DNA of 64,000 nt. Origin: Prorocentrum cordatum. Its lineage: Eukaryota. The translations under genes were made by a program, and so were the position numbers. The notes beneath the pieces were generated by a model. That model was not told the DNA's origin. It worked only from the letters and a program-made list of their open reading frames with translations, and did no database searches. Positions 50,101 to 63,950 of this stretch are shown here, piece by piece. The number at the start of each line of letters is the position of its first letter. Position 1 is the first letter of the stretch. The DNA lies in NCBI GenBank assembly GCA_963575745.1, contig CAUYUJ010000321.1, positions 1-64,000 on the forward strand. The letters are read 5' to 3'.

Positions 50101-52685
50101 GCGCCATGCGCTGCCGAAAGTTGCCCTGCCTCTCGCGCCCGAGCTGGGGGCGGCGGAGGCGCCCCTGAACGCGGGGGCGCGCAACGCGAATGTTTGCTCG
50201 ATTCGAAGAATGGGCTGCCCGAAGCACTCGGGGCCCTCGTCGCGTGGCTCTAAGAGCAGGCGGGGGCCGACCTGGTCGAGACCAGATCCAACGGTGGGCT
50301 TGAGAGGCAGAAGACTCGCAGCAATCCGAAATACTGAGATCGGGCAACGGCGGGCTCGCGTCGGCGGGCCAATCGAAACGACCAAAACCCGCGCCCACCA
50401 GCGCCGACCCCGCCCCCCCGATGAAGGCCCTCTCTTTTGCCCCCGAGACGCAGGCACAGGTCTGGGAACTCCTGCCTCTGAGAAGGCAGGGCTGAATTGC
50501 CGCGGCGCGACTGGCTTTGTGGCGAGGCGGAGACCTTCGCCGCAAGCGCTGCCTCGGCTGCGGGCCCGCTCGCGCCGCTCGACCCTTGCGCCGCTCGGCG
50601 CACCGTTGATGAGGCCCGGCTGCAGCTTTGATGAGGTAGAGACCTTCACCGCAAGCGCTGCTGCGGCTGCGGGCCCACTCGCGCCGCTCGACGCCTGCGC
50701 CGCTCGGCGCGCCGTCGGCGAGGCCCGGCCGCAGCGCGAGCCCCTGGAAACGAAAACTCGGCGAGCCCCCCATCCAAATCAGCCGCCGCACTCAAGCAGA
50801 TGCACCAGGGCCCAACAAGGGCCATGGACAAGGGCCAACAAATGATGCTGCTGACCAGCGTGGAGGGTAGAACCAAGATCATCTGGTTTCGGGAAACTGG
50901 CAAGCTCGCCCAGCGCCTGACTGCGACAGCGGAACGACAGCGCAACGCCGGATCTGGGCGCAAGAACTGGCGGGCAGACAGCCCCCTGCGACGGCGCCCT
51001 CAAAGAGGACGAGCTCGTCCGACGCACGCCCTGCACTCGACGTCAGGGATCCGGTAGATATCGACAAACTCCTGCCCCACCTCAGAGAAAAAGCCGCGCC
51101 GGACCTCCGCGGCACCGGAGGGGCGCTCGGCGGGCGCGCGCCTGCTGCAAGCGCCGCGAGGGAAAGTGGCACCCGCGAGGCCTCTGCCGAGGGAAATGAC
51201 GAGGGACTGTGACATGCGGAAGCGCGACATGAAACTTGCTGCCGCAATGCGTGACCTGCACCAGTTCGCACGGCTTGGCCCCCTACCGCCAGCACATGGG
51301 CGACGGAGCGATGGCGAAGATCACGCGGCGCCGCCGACCAATCGAGCGCGCGCGGCGATTTTGGGCGCCAGCTACACAGCTATAAGGGCCTCGAGCCATC
51401 CCGAACCCAGCACCTCCTCGGGCGCCATGATCCAATCTCCCGCAATCACGAAGGGTAGTCCGCAACTGCGAAGAACGCCTCCCGGCGCCTTCAGCAAGCG
51501 AATTTTGCGGGCGCGACCCGGGGGGACATGAGGGCACGCGTTGGCCTGGAGCACGCTTCCATGCACAAAGGCTGATCGGAGCAACGCGCGCACTCGAACC
51601 GTCGCGATCAGTAAATTCTGATGCGCTCACTCAACGAGACCGAACCTGCGCTGCACCATCTAGATGAGACCTCCACTGGTGACGCCCAACCCTCAACCTG
51701 AAAAGAATGATGCTTCTGCACTGAGATCGCGCAACTGTCGAGGACCTGCTGGCACTCGAGAAGACGCTCTGGGACGGCGCGGCCTGCGACGTCAGAGGAC
51801 GCGAAGGAGCTGGCTGAAAGGGGCTCGACGACTGGCGCAAACGCGCTTGACCTGGCGCCCCCGCGTGGAATGATCAGCCAAGCCCACGAAGACCTCACGA
51901 GACATCCGCGCGGCTGGTCGCCCGTTATATCACTGCCTCTCGGGCGCGCTTCCCCCATCGACGGGCATGGCCCGGGCAGGAGAGAACTCGCTGAAGAAGA
52001 CTCCATCGGGGTCGATGAAGAACGACAAATCTGGGCCCGCAGGGAGGGGCGGCACCGCCACCACCTTCACCTGCGGCAGCAGCAGGAGGCAGCGCCCCCG
52101 CGGGCAATCCGCCGCCGCCAGGTAGCGCCCCCGCGGGCAATCCGCCGGCCACCGCCGCGGCGCCTGCGACGGGCGCAGGGGCGGCCCCGCCGGCGCCGCG
52201 CTTCGCCTGCCGCCCCCCCTCGGCCTTGCCGCGGGGCCCAGGGGCGATCGCGCCGCCGCGAGCGGGCGCGGGCAAGGCCGCCGCGGCGCCAGCAAGCAGC
52301 GCGCGGAAGCCGCCTGCCCCGGCCGGGGCGCCGCCTCCAGGGCCGCCGCCGACACTGTGGTCACGCGGCCCAACGCGCCGCGCGGGCGGCCCTGAGGAGG
52401 CGGCGCCCGGCCTCCTCTAAGAGCGAAGCCCGCGGCGAGGTTGCGACGCGGGCGAGCCAGAAAGGGGCCCCAACTGATTCGAAACAATCATCATGATAAA
52501 TAAATCTTTTGTCGAGACGGAAGGGGGGCACTGGGCGGGGGCCCCGATGCGCCTCTGGGGAACGCCGGGGAGAGGGGGAGGTGGCGCGGTGCGACGCGGG
52601 TAAAAATGGCCAGGGCGGAGGCCCCGCGGGGCCGCTGGGGCTGGGGAGGGGCGGGGGGGCCGGGGGGAAAGGCGCGCCTGCTTTG

Positions 52686-52877
52686 GGGCCCGCCGCTCGT
52701 TGGAAGTCTGCTCATGCGGACGTTGCAGTGTCCACAACGTCTTGCATTGCATTGCAGCGCAACCGCGCTGCACTGCATTCAGGGAAGGCGGATGGAAAGA
52801 TGATGGAGAGGCGGGCGGGGAAGGATTGAGGAGGGAGGGGGCAGGGGGCGGAGTCACCCAGTGCCGCCAAAGTGGCA
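52686..52877. repeat. ~200-bp arm, inverted partner of 55389-55625
   Basis: ...ggagtcacccagtgccgccaaagtggca versus tgccactttggcggcacttggtgactcc... Confidence 0.85.
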
Positions 52878-53534
52878 TGTATGTATATATATATATGTAT
52901 GATTCGGAATTTATGGTGATGTCCGATCACGGAGATTCTCTGTCTGAGCCTTGATGAATAGTTTGTTTTGTGCCCCGTGCCAATGTCGCGGCCGATAGAG
53001 GCGGGCACGTTCTGAACTTTCTCGATCTTCGAAGCACGCTTTTTGGCGTCGCGAAGCCACTCCGCAGAACTCGGCATCTCCTCGGCACAGGAATAACCAT
53101 CGGCGCTCGGACTGGCCGAATAACCTGCTCGAGCCTGAACGGCACAACGGCATGCATGAGCGTTGGCTTCAATATGATTCAACATCTCCCATTCACCAGG
53201 CACCAAGAGGCTGCTAATATATATATATATATATATATATATAATAGAGAGAGACGTAGACCACCGGGGCTTCTGGCTTATATTGCCGCATATCGGAATG
53301 CGAAGGCAGGAAGCGGACGGAAAGGGATTCAGCGAGTCGGCAGCACATTGGCAACGTGCGTGTCTTGCTGAGTTCCTTCTGACAACACTCATGCAATGTT
53401 CTCATGTTCCGCGCAACTTAATCCCACGCAAGTGCACCTGCCCTGGAAGAACGGACGCGCGGAGGATGACAGCGCGCACGCTCCTCCACGAACCTGACGC
53501 GACGGTTGGCAAGTGCGGCTTCCGAGTGGAACGT

Positions 53535-54554
53535 CGTCCTCTTAGCATATCGCGGCGGTCGTTAAACAAACTGGCGCAATCAACCACTAGCTCGAGGGAC
53601 AAAACAAAAAACAGTTCAGAAGTGAAAAAGAAGACGGAAGACACACGCAAGACAAGACAATACCTTGGCAATTGCTCTGCTGATAAAATTTCGCTTCTAT
53701 GGCATAGCACGGTCTGCGTTGTTATGTCAAGAGCGGGTCAGAATGGAAATACGCCGGAGGACGATGGATGAGGGAGACAACACAAGGCAATACTTTGGCA
53801 GCTGTTGCCTCCTGCGGGGATGGCGGTCCAACTGTTACCTCCGGATGGAACGGGCGTCATATGTGCGTAGCGCAGTGATCATTACAAACATTTTCGTCTA
53901 GTCTGGACACCCGCGGCTTCTAGTTCAATGTGATTGAAAGTTTCTCGGAAGGTTCATTCGCCTTCCAAGAGTGGATGCGCGGAAATCCGCCGACCCTGTC
54001 GGCGTGTGTGAGGGGCTTCTCCGTTCGACTCGTCGTCTCCGTCGTCTCAGTTCTCCCCCTCCCAGGGCTCTCCTCCTCAAGCGCGCTATCCAAAGCGAAA
54101 TTAAACGACGTCGTAGCTTCCCCGCAGGGGGGGGGGAAGGGAGGGGGGGGCCGGGGCAGATACGACGCCCGCCGGGGTGCACTTTCTTCGAGCGGGCACG
54201 CACGGGATGCATTTCCTCCTCCTCCTGGTCCTCCTCCAACTCCTTTTCCTCCTCCTCCTCCTCCTGCTCCTCTCCTCCTTTTCCTTTTCCTCCTCCTCCT
54301 CCTCCTCCTCCTCCTCCTCCTCCTCCTCCTCCTCCTCCTCCTCCCGCAGAGGCGTCCCGGGAGTGGGCCCCGAGTCAAAGTACCACCCCCGTAGGGCGCA
54401 TTTTCCTCGAGCGGGCACGCCCGAGATGCACTTCTTCCTCTTCCGGGAGCACGTCCCAAGTCAGAATAACACACTCCCGGGGTGCACTTTCTTCGAGCGG
54501 GCACACAAAGGATGCACTTCCTCCTCCTCCTCTTCCTTCTCCTCCTCCTCCTCC

Positions 54555-54589
<35 letters not shown>

Positions 54590-55180
54590 CTCCTCCTCCT
54601 CCTTTTCCTCCTCCTCCTCCTCCTGCTCCTCCTCCTTCTTCTCCTCCTCCTCCTCCTCCTCCTCCTCCTCCTCATACTCCGTTTCCTCCCCCCACTCGTA
54701 GCCCTTTCGATCAGGGTCGGCGGCACCGGCCGTCAGGCCTCTCCAACATGTTGTATACAGGCTTCTCAACGAACCTGGTGCACTGGAGAGCAACTATGGT
54801 TTCCGAGAGGAAAATTGTCCTCTTAGCATAGCACGGTGGTTATTGAGTCAGCTCGGTGCAATCAACCGCTCAGTGGAGGATATAAATGAAGAGATCAAGG
54901 AGAGGAAGGATGATATGTACAGGACAAGACAATACCTTGGCAATTGCTGTCTCATGTGTCGATTGGTTTCCTATGGTGTGTCAGTTTGTCTGTGCATCGA
55001 TTGGACGCAATATTTCTCCCAAGGGCGGATCATAGTGTAAAGAGGCAAGAGAACGATGGATGAGAGAGACAAGGGGGGGCAATATGTTGGAAAGTGTTGC
55101 CTCCTGTGGGGATGGCGTTCCAACTGTTACCTCCTGATGGAGTGGGCGTCCTCCGTGTAGCGCAATGCAATTACAAACAA
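53535..55180. repeat. Two diverged ~350-bp direct repeats (53535-53890, 54816-55180) around a (CCT)n-rich block
   Basis: Shared caagacaataccttggcaattgct, acgatggatgag, ccaactgttacctcc and attacaaaca. Confidence 0.85.
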
Positions 55181-55659
55181 GGTCGTCGCATATAATCAAT
55201 CGAGGCTTCAGAATCAATATGGTTGAATTGAATCACGCCCTGGAGAAAGGGGAAAGGGTGCATAATCAGACGCTGCTTGTCTGATTGCCCGCCAGCATAA
55301 GTTCGGAAACCGACTCTTTTTATGTGTTTTAAACCTGTCGATGTGTTTTGGGTTTATTGTTAGGATCTCTATGGTGTTCTAAAACTGTTGCCACTTTGGC
55401 GGCACTTGGTGACTCCGCCCCCTGTTCCCGTCCGCCTCTCCCAACCTTCCCCGTCCGTCTCTCCATCCTCTCTCCATCCACCCTCCCTGAATGCACTGCA
55501 ATGCGATCGCGCTGCAATGCAATTGCATCTCAATGAAATGCAGTGCGATTGCACTGCAATGCGATGCGGGACACAACAGACAACGCAGCATCCGTATGAG
55601 CAGACCTCCAAAAAACGGTGGGCCCACGGATGGGCCCACCTATTCCCCCGAGGGGAAGG

Positions 55660-58110
55660 GCAGGCGCGGTGCGACGCAGAATCAATTGATCGGAGCGGGA
55701 GGGGCGCTGGGTGGAAATTTCATTGGGCTGTTGGCGCGCCGGGGATGGATGGGGGGCGCGTGGGCATGGGGCGGGGGGCGCGCGGTGCGACACGGAATGA
55801 GGAGGAACTTGGCGGAGGGCGCAGGAGGAACTTGGCGGAGGGCGGAGGAGATCTGGGCGGAGGTTCACTGGGCCACTGGGGAATGCCGGGGAGGGGTGCG
55901 AGGGGGTTGCGGTGCGACGCGGAATAAGATGGCCCAGGCGGAGTGGGCATTGGGCGGCGGTTCCACTGGGCCACTGTAGAATTCAAAGAATCAAACAATC
56001 CCCCCCCCACACAATAACCACCCCGACATGCGAAATCGTTTAGTACAAACGCCCAAAGAAGGAATCAAACAGGGCCAAGGCCGCTTAGTAAACAACGCCA
56101 ACTGTCCGGTCCAGGTGGTTTCCCCCCCATTGACACTGGGGAACGCTGGGAGGGGTGGGGTGGGTGGGGCGAGGGGGCGCGGTGCGACGCGGGGTAAAAT
56201 TGTCGGAGCTCCAGACAGCCTGCGTAAGAGAAGAGCATTGTCGGTGCGGACGAGGCACTGGGCGGCGGTTCCACTGGACCACCAGGGAACGCCGGGGCGG
56301 GGGGGGGCGGGGAGAGGGGGGGGCGCGGCAGGGCGGGGCGCGATGCAACGCTTAAAAAATATGGTCGGGTTGGAGGGGTGGGGGCACTGGGAAGAGGTTC
56401 CACCGGGCCGCCGGGGGTCGCTGGGGCGGGGAGGGGAAGGGGCGAGAGTTTGGGAGAAAGGCGCGGCGGAACGCTGGGGAGCGGTGGGGGAAGGGGGGGG
56501 GCGGAGAAGCGGATGGCGCGGCGCTACGCTGCGTAAAATGGTCGGGGCGGAGGGGGCGCTGCACGGATGTTCACCTGGGCCGCTGGGTAACGCAAAGGAA
56601 AAAACAGGTTAGGGGGCGGGTAAAGGGGGCGCGCGGTGCGACGCGGAATAAACATGTCTGGGCGAAGGTGCGCCGGCGGAAGGTCCACTGGACTGCCAGG
56701 GAACGCTGGGAATGAGCGAAGGGGGCGGGGAGGGGGGTCGCGGAGCGACGCGGAATGCATTTGCTGGTGCGAAGAGGGCACTGGACGGGCGGGTGTGAGC
56801 CGCTGAGGAATGCTGGGGCGGGCCGGCATGGGGCGCGGGGTAGGAGGGATGCGGGGGGCGGGGGGGGGGCGGGGGAGGGTGCGACGCGGAATGAAATGGT
56901 CGGGGCGGAAGGGGCAGTGGGCCGAGGTTCCACTGGGCCGCTGGGGAACGCCGGGAAGGGGAAAGGGGGGCGGGAAGGAGGGGGGCGCGATGCGACGCGG
57001 AATACGATGGTCGGGGCGGAGTGGGTACTGGGCAGAGGCTCCACTGGGCCGCTGGGGAACGCTGGTGAGGGGGAGGTGGGTGCGGGGAGGAGGGGGGGGG
57101 CGGGGTGCGACGCGGAATGAACTGTTCGGGGCGGAGGGGCACTGTGCGAAGCTTCAACTGAGCCGCTGGGGAACGCTGGGAAAGGGGCAGGGGTGCGCGG
57201 GGAGGGGAGGGGAGGCGGTGCGACGCTGAATAGAGTGGTCGGGGCGGGGGGGCATCGGGCGCAAGTGCCACTGTGCCGCTGGGGAGGAGTAGGAGGAGGG
57301 TGGGGGGGGGAGGGGCGCTGTGCGACGCGGGCCAAACTAATCGGAGCGGGGGGGGCCTTTGGCGGAGGTCCCACCGGGCGGTAGGAAGGGGGCGGGGAGG
57401 GGGGGGCGCGGTGCGGCGCGGAATAGAGTGGTCGGGGCGGAGGGGGCACTGGGCGGGTGCTCCATTGTGCCCACTGGGGAGCGCTGAGGAGAAGTAGGAG
57501 GGGTGGGCGCGTAGCGACGCGGAATGAGTTAGTCGGGGCGGAGGGGGGCACTGGGCGGCGGTTCCACTGGGCCGCTGGGGAACGCTGGGAAGGGATTAGG
57601 AGGTGGGCGGTGGGCGGAAAGGGGGTGGGTGCGGTGAGACGCGGGATAACATGGTCGGGGCGGGGAGGAGGGGGCACTGGGCAGAAGTTCGACTGGGCCG
57701 TTGGGGAACGCTGGAGAGGGGCAGGAGGGGGGCGGGAAAAGGGGGGCGCGGTGCGGCGCCAAATACGATGGTCGGGGCGGAGGTGGCACTGGGCGGAGGT
57801 TCCACTGGGCCGCTGGGGAAGGCCGGAGAGGGGTAGGAGGGTGCGGGGAGGGGGGGGGAGCGCGCTGCGACGCGGAATAAAATAGTCCGGGCGGAAGGGG
57901 GCCTTTGGCGGAGGTTCCACTGTGCCGCTGAAGAGGAGTAGGAAGGGGGCAGGGAGGGGGCGCGCGGTGCGACGCGGAATAAAATTGTCAGGGCGGAGGG
58001 GGCACTGGGCGGAGGTTCCACTGGGCCGCTGGGGAACGCTGGGGACGGGCAGGAGGGGGGGGGCGGGAAGGGGATGGTGCTCTGCGACGCGGAAGAATAT
58101 GGTCGGGGCT
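55660..58110. repeat. ~120-bp G-rich degenerate satellite, roughly 20 units
   Basis: Recurrent gcggtgcgacgcggaat...atggtcggggcggagggggcactgggcggaggttccactgggccgctggggaacgctggg. Confidence 0.9.
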
Positions 58111-59049
58111 ATAGACACCACCCTCTGCAAGAGAATCAGACCCCCTGAGTGGCAGCTCTGCTTGGTGAAGGAACGCCAGTGGAAACTAAATAGGAAAAGT
58201 GCGCGCGATGGATTGCAAAAAAAACCCAGGATTGCAAAACAAACCAGGATTGCAAAAAAAAAAAAAAGGATTGCAAAAAAGGATTGCAAAAAAAAAACCT
58301 TCGAGCTTGGTTGATGGGATCGAGTCTACCCGTCGGTCGGAGGAAGCAAGGGAAAAAACATTGCGTGAGAAGGCGGTGACAGCAGATTGCGTTTCCGCCC
58401 GCCCCCTGCAGAGGAGGGAAGTGGGAAAGCCGCTCGACCCTTGAAGCAGGATGGCGTTGAAGCAGACTGGGCTTCCGTCCGCCCCCCGAAGAGGAGAGAG
58501 GAGGGAAAGCCGCCCGATCTGTGAAGTAGGAAGGCGCCTGGAGCAGACTAGGATCGGGAAATCAACAACTACCCACTTTCCACGCCCGGCGTGTGCTGCT
58601 CGCGAAACGCAACGAGACTGCCTTCTGCAATCCGAAAGTGCCACCAGCGCATGGCGCGGCGACGAGGTGGCGACGGGCGCCCACCAAGCGACTCCCTGAG
58701 CACTGCGTGGAGCCCCGGCGGGTCTGGTATTACGTCGGGCTTGTCCCTCTACAGGGGCAAATTCAAAAGTAGCCAAAAAATAATATGGGAACTATTTCTG
58801 ATTATGTCTGACCATTTGGGAGTTTTTTCTGGGATATTTTTAATTTTTTGTCGAAAATCCCCCTGTAGGGGGCCCCAACGGCGGCGACACGGCGGCGACG
58901 GGCGCCAAGTCGTGCGAAGACCAGGGGGGCAACCCACCCGCGTACGGTCCGACCTAGGTCAGCAAAAGAAAACTTCAAGGACAGGATACCCTCCGCGAGC
59001 CCAACACGCACACCAAGCCATACGATCGCTCGAGGGTAGCCTCGCCCGG

Positions 59050-59660
59050 GATGCACAAGAGAACCCGAACCCAAAAAAAACACCAGGAAATCTTGAAACC
59101 AAAACCTGGGGAAGACGACATCCTGACAAAAAATCAAACACCGAACCTGCGGAAAAACTCAAACCCACAAACACAAAGAAAAAACCTGAAGCTCAAACCA
59201 GGGAAAAAAAAACTCGAACCAAACAAAAACTCCAGAAACTCTCTAAGCCGAAACCTGGGGAACAACCCTGGAACAACTATGGAAAAACTCTGGAAAACTA
59301 TGGAAACAAAACTTCTTCAACAAAATATTGCTGGTTTTTTAACTATTAAAAAAAAAAACCCGGACTTAAACAATTGGGAAACTCTGAACGGCATTTTTAA
59401 AAAATAAAAAAAAACGCTGGAATACCTTACAACAAAAAACTCTAAACGCTTGAAAAAACTACAAAACTGTATAAACAACTACGGAACACATAAAAAACTA
59501 ACAACTCTGAACAACCAAACACAACTTCTGGGTTTGAGTTGTTTTCCCCCGGGTTTGAGCTTCAGGTTGTTTTCTAAGTATTTGTGGGTTTGAAGTTTTT
59601 CCCAGGTTTAGGTTTCAAGATGTTATGTAGTTTCTTCTGTGTTTGAGTTGTCCCCAGGAT
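59050..59660. mobile_element. AT-rich foldback-like element
   Basis: The A-rich left arm (aaacccacaaa...aacctgaagctcaaacc; atcttgaaacc.aaacctggg) is mirrored by a T-rich right arm (ggtttgagcttcaggtt...tttgtgggttt; cccaggttt.ggtttcaagat). Confidence 0.75.
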
Positions 59661-60949
59661 TTGTTTTTGAGATTTTCTAAGGTTGTCTCGGATTTTGAGT
59701 TTCCCGTTCAAAATTCTTTAACTTTTTGGGGGAGTCTGAATTTCCGGCCGAATATGCTTGAAGATTTCGGCAGGTTTTCCTATGGACCGCCTGAAGTCAA
59801 TTCACGAACCTGACACTAGGGTATCCGGGTACCCTCCCCGAGCCGACCTCGATCGTATTCCTCGGTCCGACCGTCCTGAGGACGGCAGTGAAGAGCCAAC
59901 CCCCTGGTGAGCGCAAGCGCTGCCCGGGGGAAACGCCTGACTGGACGAGCCGCCACCGAAGACCGCACGACGACGACGCCGACGGCGACGGAAAGCGGCG
60001 TCGACGGCGACGGCGACGGCGGCGCGCGGCCACGGCGGGCGGTCAACGGCGGCGGCGGCGGCGACCAGGGCGGCCTTCAGCGAGTGGAGCGGGATCTTCT
60101 TCAAGGCCGCCGCTCTGCGCCCGCGGGCGCCGCTCGGGCCCAGCCCCCCCCCCCCCGCCCCGACCCCCGAGGGGGGGCGGGCAGCTGGGACGTGCGGGAG
60201 AGGACGGGTGAGGCGAGAGGGGGGGATCAGGAGGGCAGGAGGAGGAAGCGGGGAAGGAGGAGGAGGAGGATTCTTCTGTTCAACATGATTTGGCGGCCTA
60301 CCCAGTCCTCCCATCCCTTGCCTATGCGCTGATAGTCTCCAGGTCCGCGGAGGTGTGTCATAGCGGACCTGGAACTCCCAGAAAGACACTGTCGTGTTAT
60401 GCGCGAACAGGACGAAGGGGAGCAGGAGGAGGAGGAGGAGGAGAAGGTGGAGGCGGATGAGCAGGAGGACGAGCAGGAGGAGGAGGATGAGGATGACGGA
60501 GGGCAATGAAAGGCAGCAGCAGCAGCAGCAGCAGGAGCTGGAGTGGAAGGAGCAGGAGGACTGGGGAAGATAGAGGAAGGGAAATGAGGGGGGCGACAAC
60601 GATGAAAAAACTCCGATCCCGAAAAGTGGCCCGCGCTGGGGCGAGAACACCACTCTGAAGCACTTGAGCAAAGCGCCGATCCAAAAATGGGGCCCGCGCT
60701 GCAGCGGGAGCACCGTCCTGAAACTGTTGACATCCTGTTCGAAAACAAGTGCGCGGAGAGGGCCGGAGGTTGTGGACAAAGTCAGGGGAGGGAGGCGAGA
60801 GGAGAGTAGTCTTCGTAAGCTGGGAAAAGTGTCAAGGGAGAGGAAAAGTCAGGAAGAGGAGGGGACGGATAGAGGAGGAGGGAGGCGGAAAATAGCGAAC
60901 ATCGGGAGAGTCAACGGGGACGGGGAGAAGGGATTCTTCATCAGTCTAC

Positions 60950-61858
60950 GTCCTCCCCCCTCCTCCGCAACATCGTCCTCCCCCCCCCCCCCCCCCGCAT
61001 TCCCTATCCAACTCCTCCTCCTCCTCCCCCTCCTCCCTCCTCCTCCTCCTCCTCCTCCTCCTCCTACTCTCCTCCTCCTCAGTCTCCTCCTCCTCCTCCT
61101 CCTCCTCCTCCTCCTTCGCCTCCTCCTTCGCCTCCTCCTCCTCCTCCTCCTCCTCCTCGACCTCCGCTTCAATCATGCTCCACTTCTTTACCCTCCTATC
61201 CCCATCCTCCTTCTCCTCCTTCTCCTCCTCCTACTCCTCCTACTTCTCATTATCCTCCTTCCTCATCCCCTGTCCTGCTCGGGCCCTCCTCTTCTGGGCA
61301 CCTGGTCTTGCAGACCGTGGAAGACTGCCACAGGACTCCCTCCCCCTCCTCCTCGTCCTCCTCATCCTGCAACTGCTCATGCTCCTCCGTCCCCCTCTCG
61401 CCAACACCGTTCACCTCCGTCCTCCCCTCCGTCCTCCTCCTCCGTCCTCCTCCGTCCTCCCTCCTCCTCCGTCCTGTTCCCTCCTCCTCCTCCTCCGTCC
61501 TCCTCGTCGCCACCGCTCACCCTCCCCGCTCGCCTCACACCCAGGGGCCCGAGGAGAGCAGGGAGGCTCCGCGAGCTCTCCCTCTCTCTGCCCCTCCTGC
61601 CCCGCCTCCCTCGCCTATGCCGCACCCGTTTATGTCGCCCTCCTCCTCCCTCCTCCTCCTCCTCCTCCTCCTCCTCCTCCTCCTCCTCCTCCTTCTCCTC
61701 CTCCTCCCGATGATCATCCTTCTCCTCCGCCTCGGCCTCGCCGTCCTTCCTCATCCCTCACCCTCGTTCTCCTCCCCCTCCTCCTCCTCCTCCTCCTCCT
61801 CCTCCTCCTCCTCCTCCTCCTCCTCCTCCTCCTCCTCCTCCTCATCATCATCATCATC

Positions 61859-61941
<83 letters not shown>

Positions 61942-62120
61942 GCATCATCATCATCATCATCAGCAGCATCAGCATCAGCATCAGCATCATCATCATCAGC
62001 ATCATCATCACCACCACCACCATCATCCACATCATCTTCCTCTTCCTCCTCAGCGTCCTCTCCGTCCTTGTCACCCTACCCACACCGTCCTCCTCAATAT
62101 CCTCATCATGATCTTCCAAC
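60950..62120. repeat. (CCT)n and (CAT)n low-complexity tract
   Basis: Direct observation. Confidence 0.95.
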
Positions 62121-63288
62121 TCCTCCAACTCTTTCTCCTCCTCCTTCCCCACTGCTCCCATCCCGCGTCCTCTCTCCATCTCTCCTTCGAGATCCCACCA
62201 TCCCTCCCTCCCTCCTCGGCTTCGTCCTCCTCCCTCCCGTCTCCCTCGCGCCCTCTGCCCTCCCTCTTCTGTCCTTGCGGCCCCATCCTCCCTCCCACAT
62301 GTCCTCCCGTCCCGCCCTGGTGATCCCGAGCACTGGCGCTCCCAGGCCGCCCCGACGCCCCCCTCTGCCGGGAGGAGGCGCATCGATCCGCTGACGCCCT
62401 CCGCGAGCTTCACCGCAGCGTTGGCGTGCGGCGAGTCCTGGCGCGGCGCCGACAACTGCCCCCAGCGGAAGGGGGCGGGCCTTCTGGGGCCGCGCACTCT
62501 CAAACCCGCCTGCCGAGGAGCCAAACGCCACGCGCATGGGCGGGGGAAGTGCGTGGCAGGACACCCGCCCCGAAACCAGCGCACCGCGAGATGTTCGAGC
62601 CCTCGGGCTGGGAGAGGACCGGGACGCAGGAGCAAGGAAGAGCAAGGACGCAAGGGTACCCTGAGCAAAGTTGCGCGTCCTTACCAGGGTTTTTGACTGT
62701 AAAGGATTCTCGCTCCGAGGGCCGTCGTCGCAACTGCGGAGTCCGCCTCGACGTGCTGGTCACAGCACGTCCCAGGACGGGTCCAGGCGGCGGCCGTGCC
62801 GGCGAGGAGGACGGCGACAGGCGGCGGCGACCATGAGCAGGAGGGGCGGGCAGGACGGAGCGGGCGGGGGCAGGGCGGAGGAAGGGAAGGACGGCGACGA
62901 CGGCCATGAGGACAAGGGGCAAAGGACGAGGGTCAGAACGATGAGAACGAGGAAGCGGAGGTCGAGGAGGGAAGATGAGAAAACCGACGGGGACAAGGAC
63001 GAGGAGGAGGAGGGGGAGGAGGGGCAGGGAGACCTGGAAGAGGACGATAAAGGAGGCGCTACGCGGGGGAGAAGCATATTATTCAGAGACAAGATGGAGG
63101 AAGGAACAGGGAGGAGGAGGGAGACGGCAGGATTGAGGAGGGTGCAAGGAAAAGGGAGGAGGGAGTAGGTGGGAGGGAGAGGAAGGGAGGAGGAGAAAGA
63201 GTCTCTACGACAGCCCTTGGAGATACTTGAGGCTCATGACACGTCGGGAGTTTCACACGACGACCTCCTGACGTTCAGATCAGAGTGA

Positions 63289-63950
63289 GGGGGCCGAACG
63301 GTCATTCACTGTCCCTGAATGCGTGGCTGAAATGAGATTCCGCGATGCGGAGTATTGTTATTGTTTGTTTGTTTGTTTGTGTGTTTGGTTGTTTGTGTGC
63401 TTGCTTGGTTTTTTGGTTGGTGTTGTTGATATTGGTGTTGGTGATGGTGTTGATGTTGTGGTGGTGGTGCTGTTGTTGTGAGTGTTGCTGTTGCTGTTGG
63501 TGTTGGTGTTGGTGTTGTTGGTGGTGTTGTTGCTGGTGATGTTGTTGCTAGAGTTGTTCAAAGTGGTGGTGGTGGTGGTGGTGGTGGTGGTGGTGGTGGT
63601 GGTGGTGGTGTTGTTGTTGTTGCTGGTGGTGGTCGTGGTGCTGTTGTCCGCATTGTCGCTGTTTGGCGTCGTCCCCCCCGCGACCTGGCCCGCGACTCAC
63701 CCGCGACCCGGCCCGCGACCCACCCGCGACCCGGCCCGCGACCCGCCCGCGCGACCCACCCCGCGACCCACCCGCAGCCGTCACGCGACCAACCCGCGAC
63801 CCACCCGCGACCCACCCGCGGCCGTCCCGCGACCGTACCGCGACATGGCCCGAGACCCACCCGCATTGCTTCATCAACAAAAATCGGCGCCTGCGGCGGG
63901 CCCGCTGTGCAGTTTAGAAAAATTGGGCGCCCGCGGCGGGCTTCTTCAGA
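63289..63950. repeat. Composite repeat, second copy (head, (TTG/TGG)n, (CCCGCGAC)n)
   Basis: Head ggggccgaacggtcattcactgtccctgaatgcgtggctgaaatgagattccgcgatgcgg matches 17599-17660. Confidence 0.85.

Noticed and set aside
56571..58289. 572-aa Pro-rich ORF
   Set aside because: A by-product of the GC-rich 120-bp satellite.
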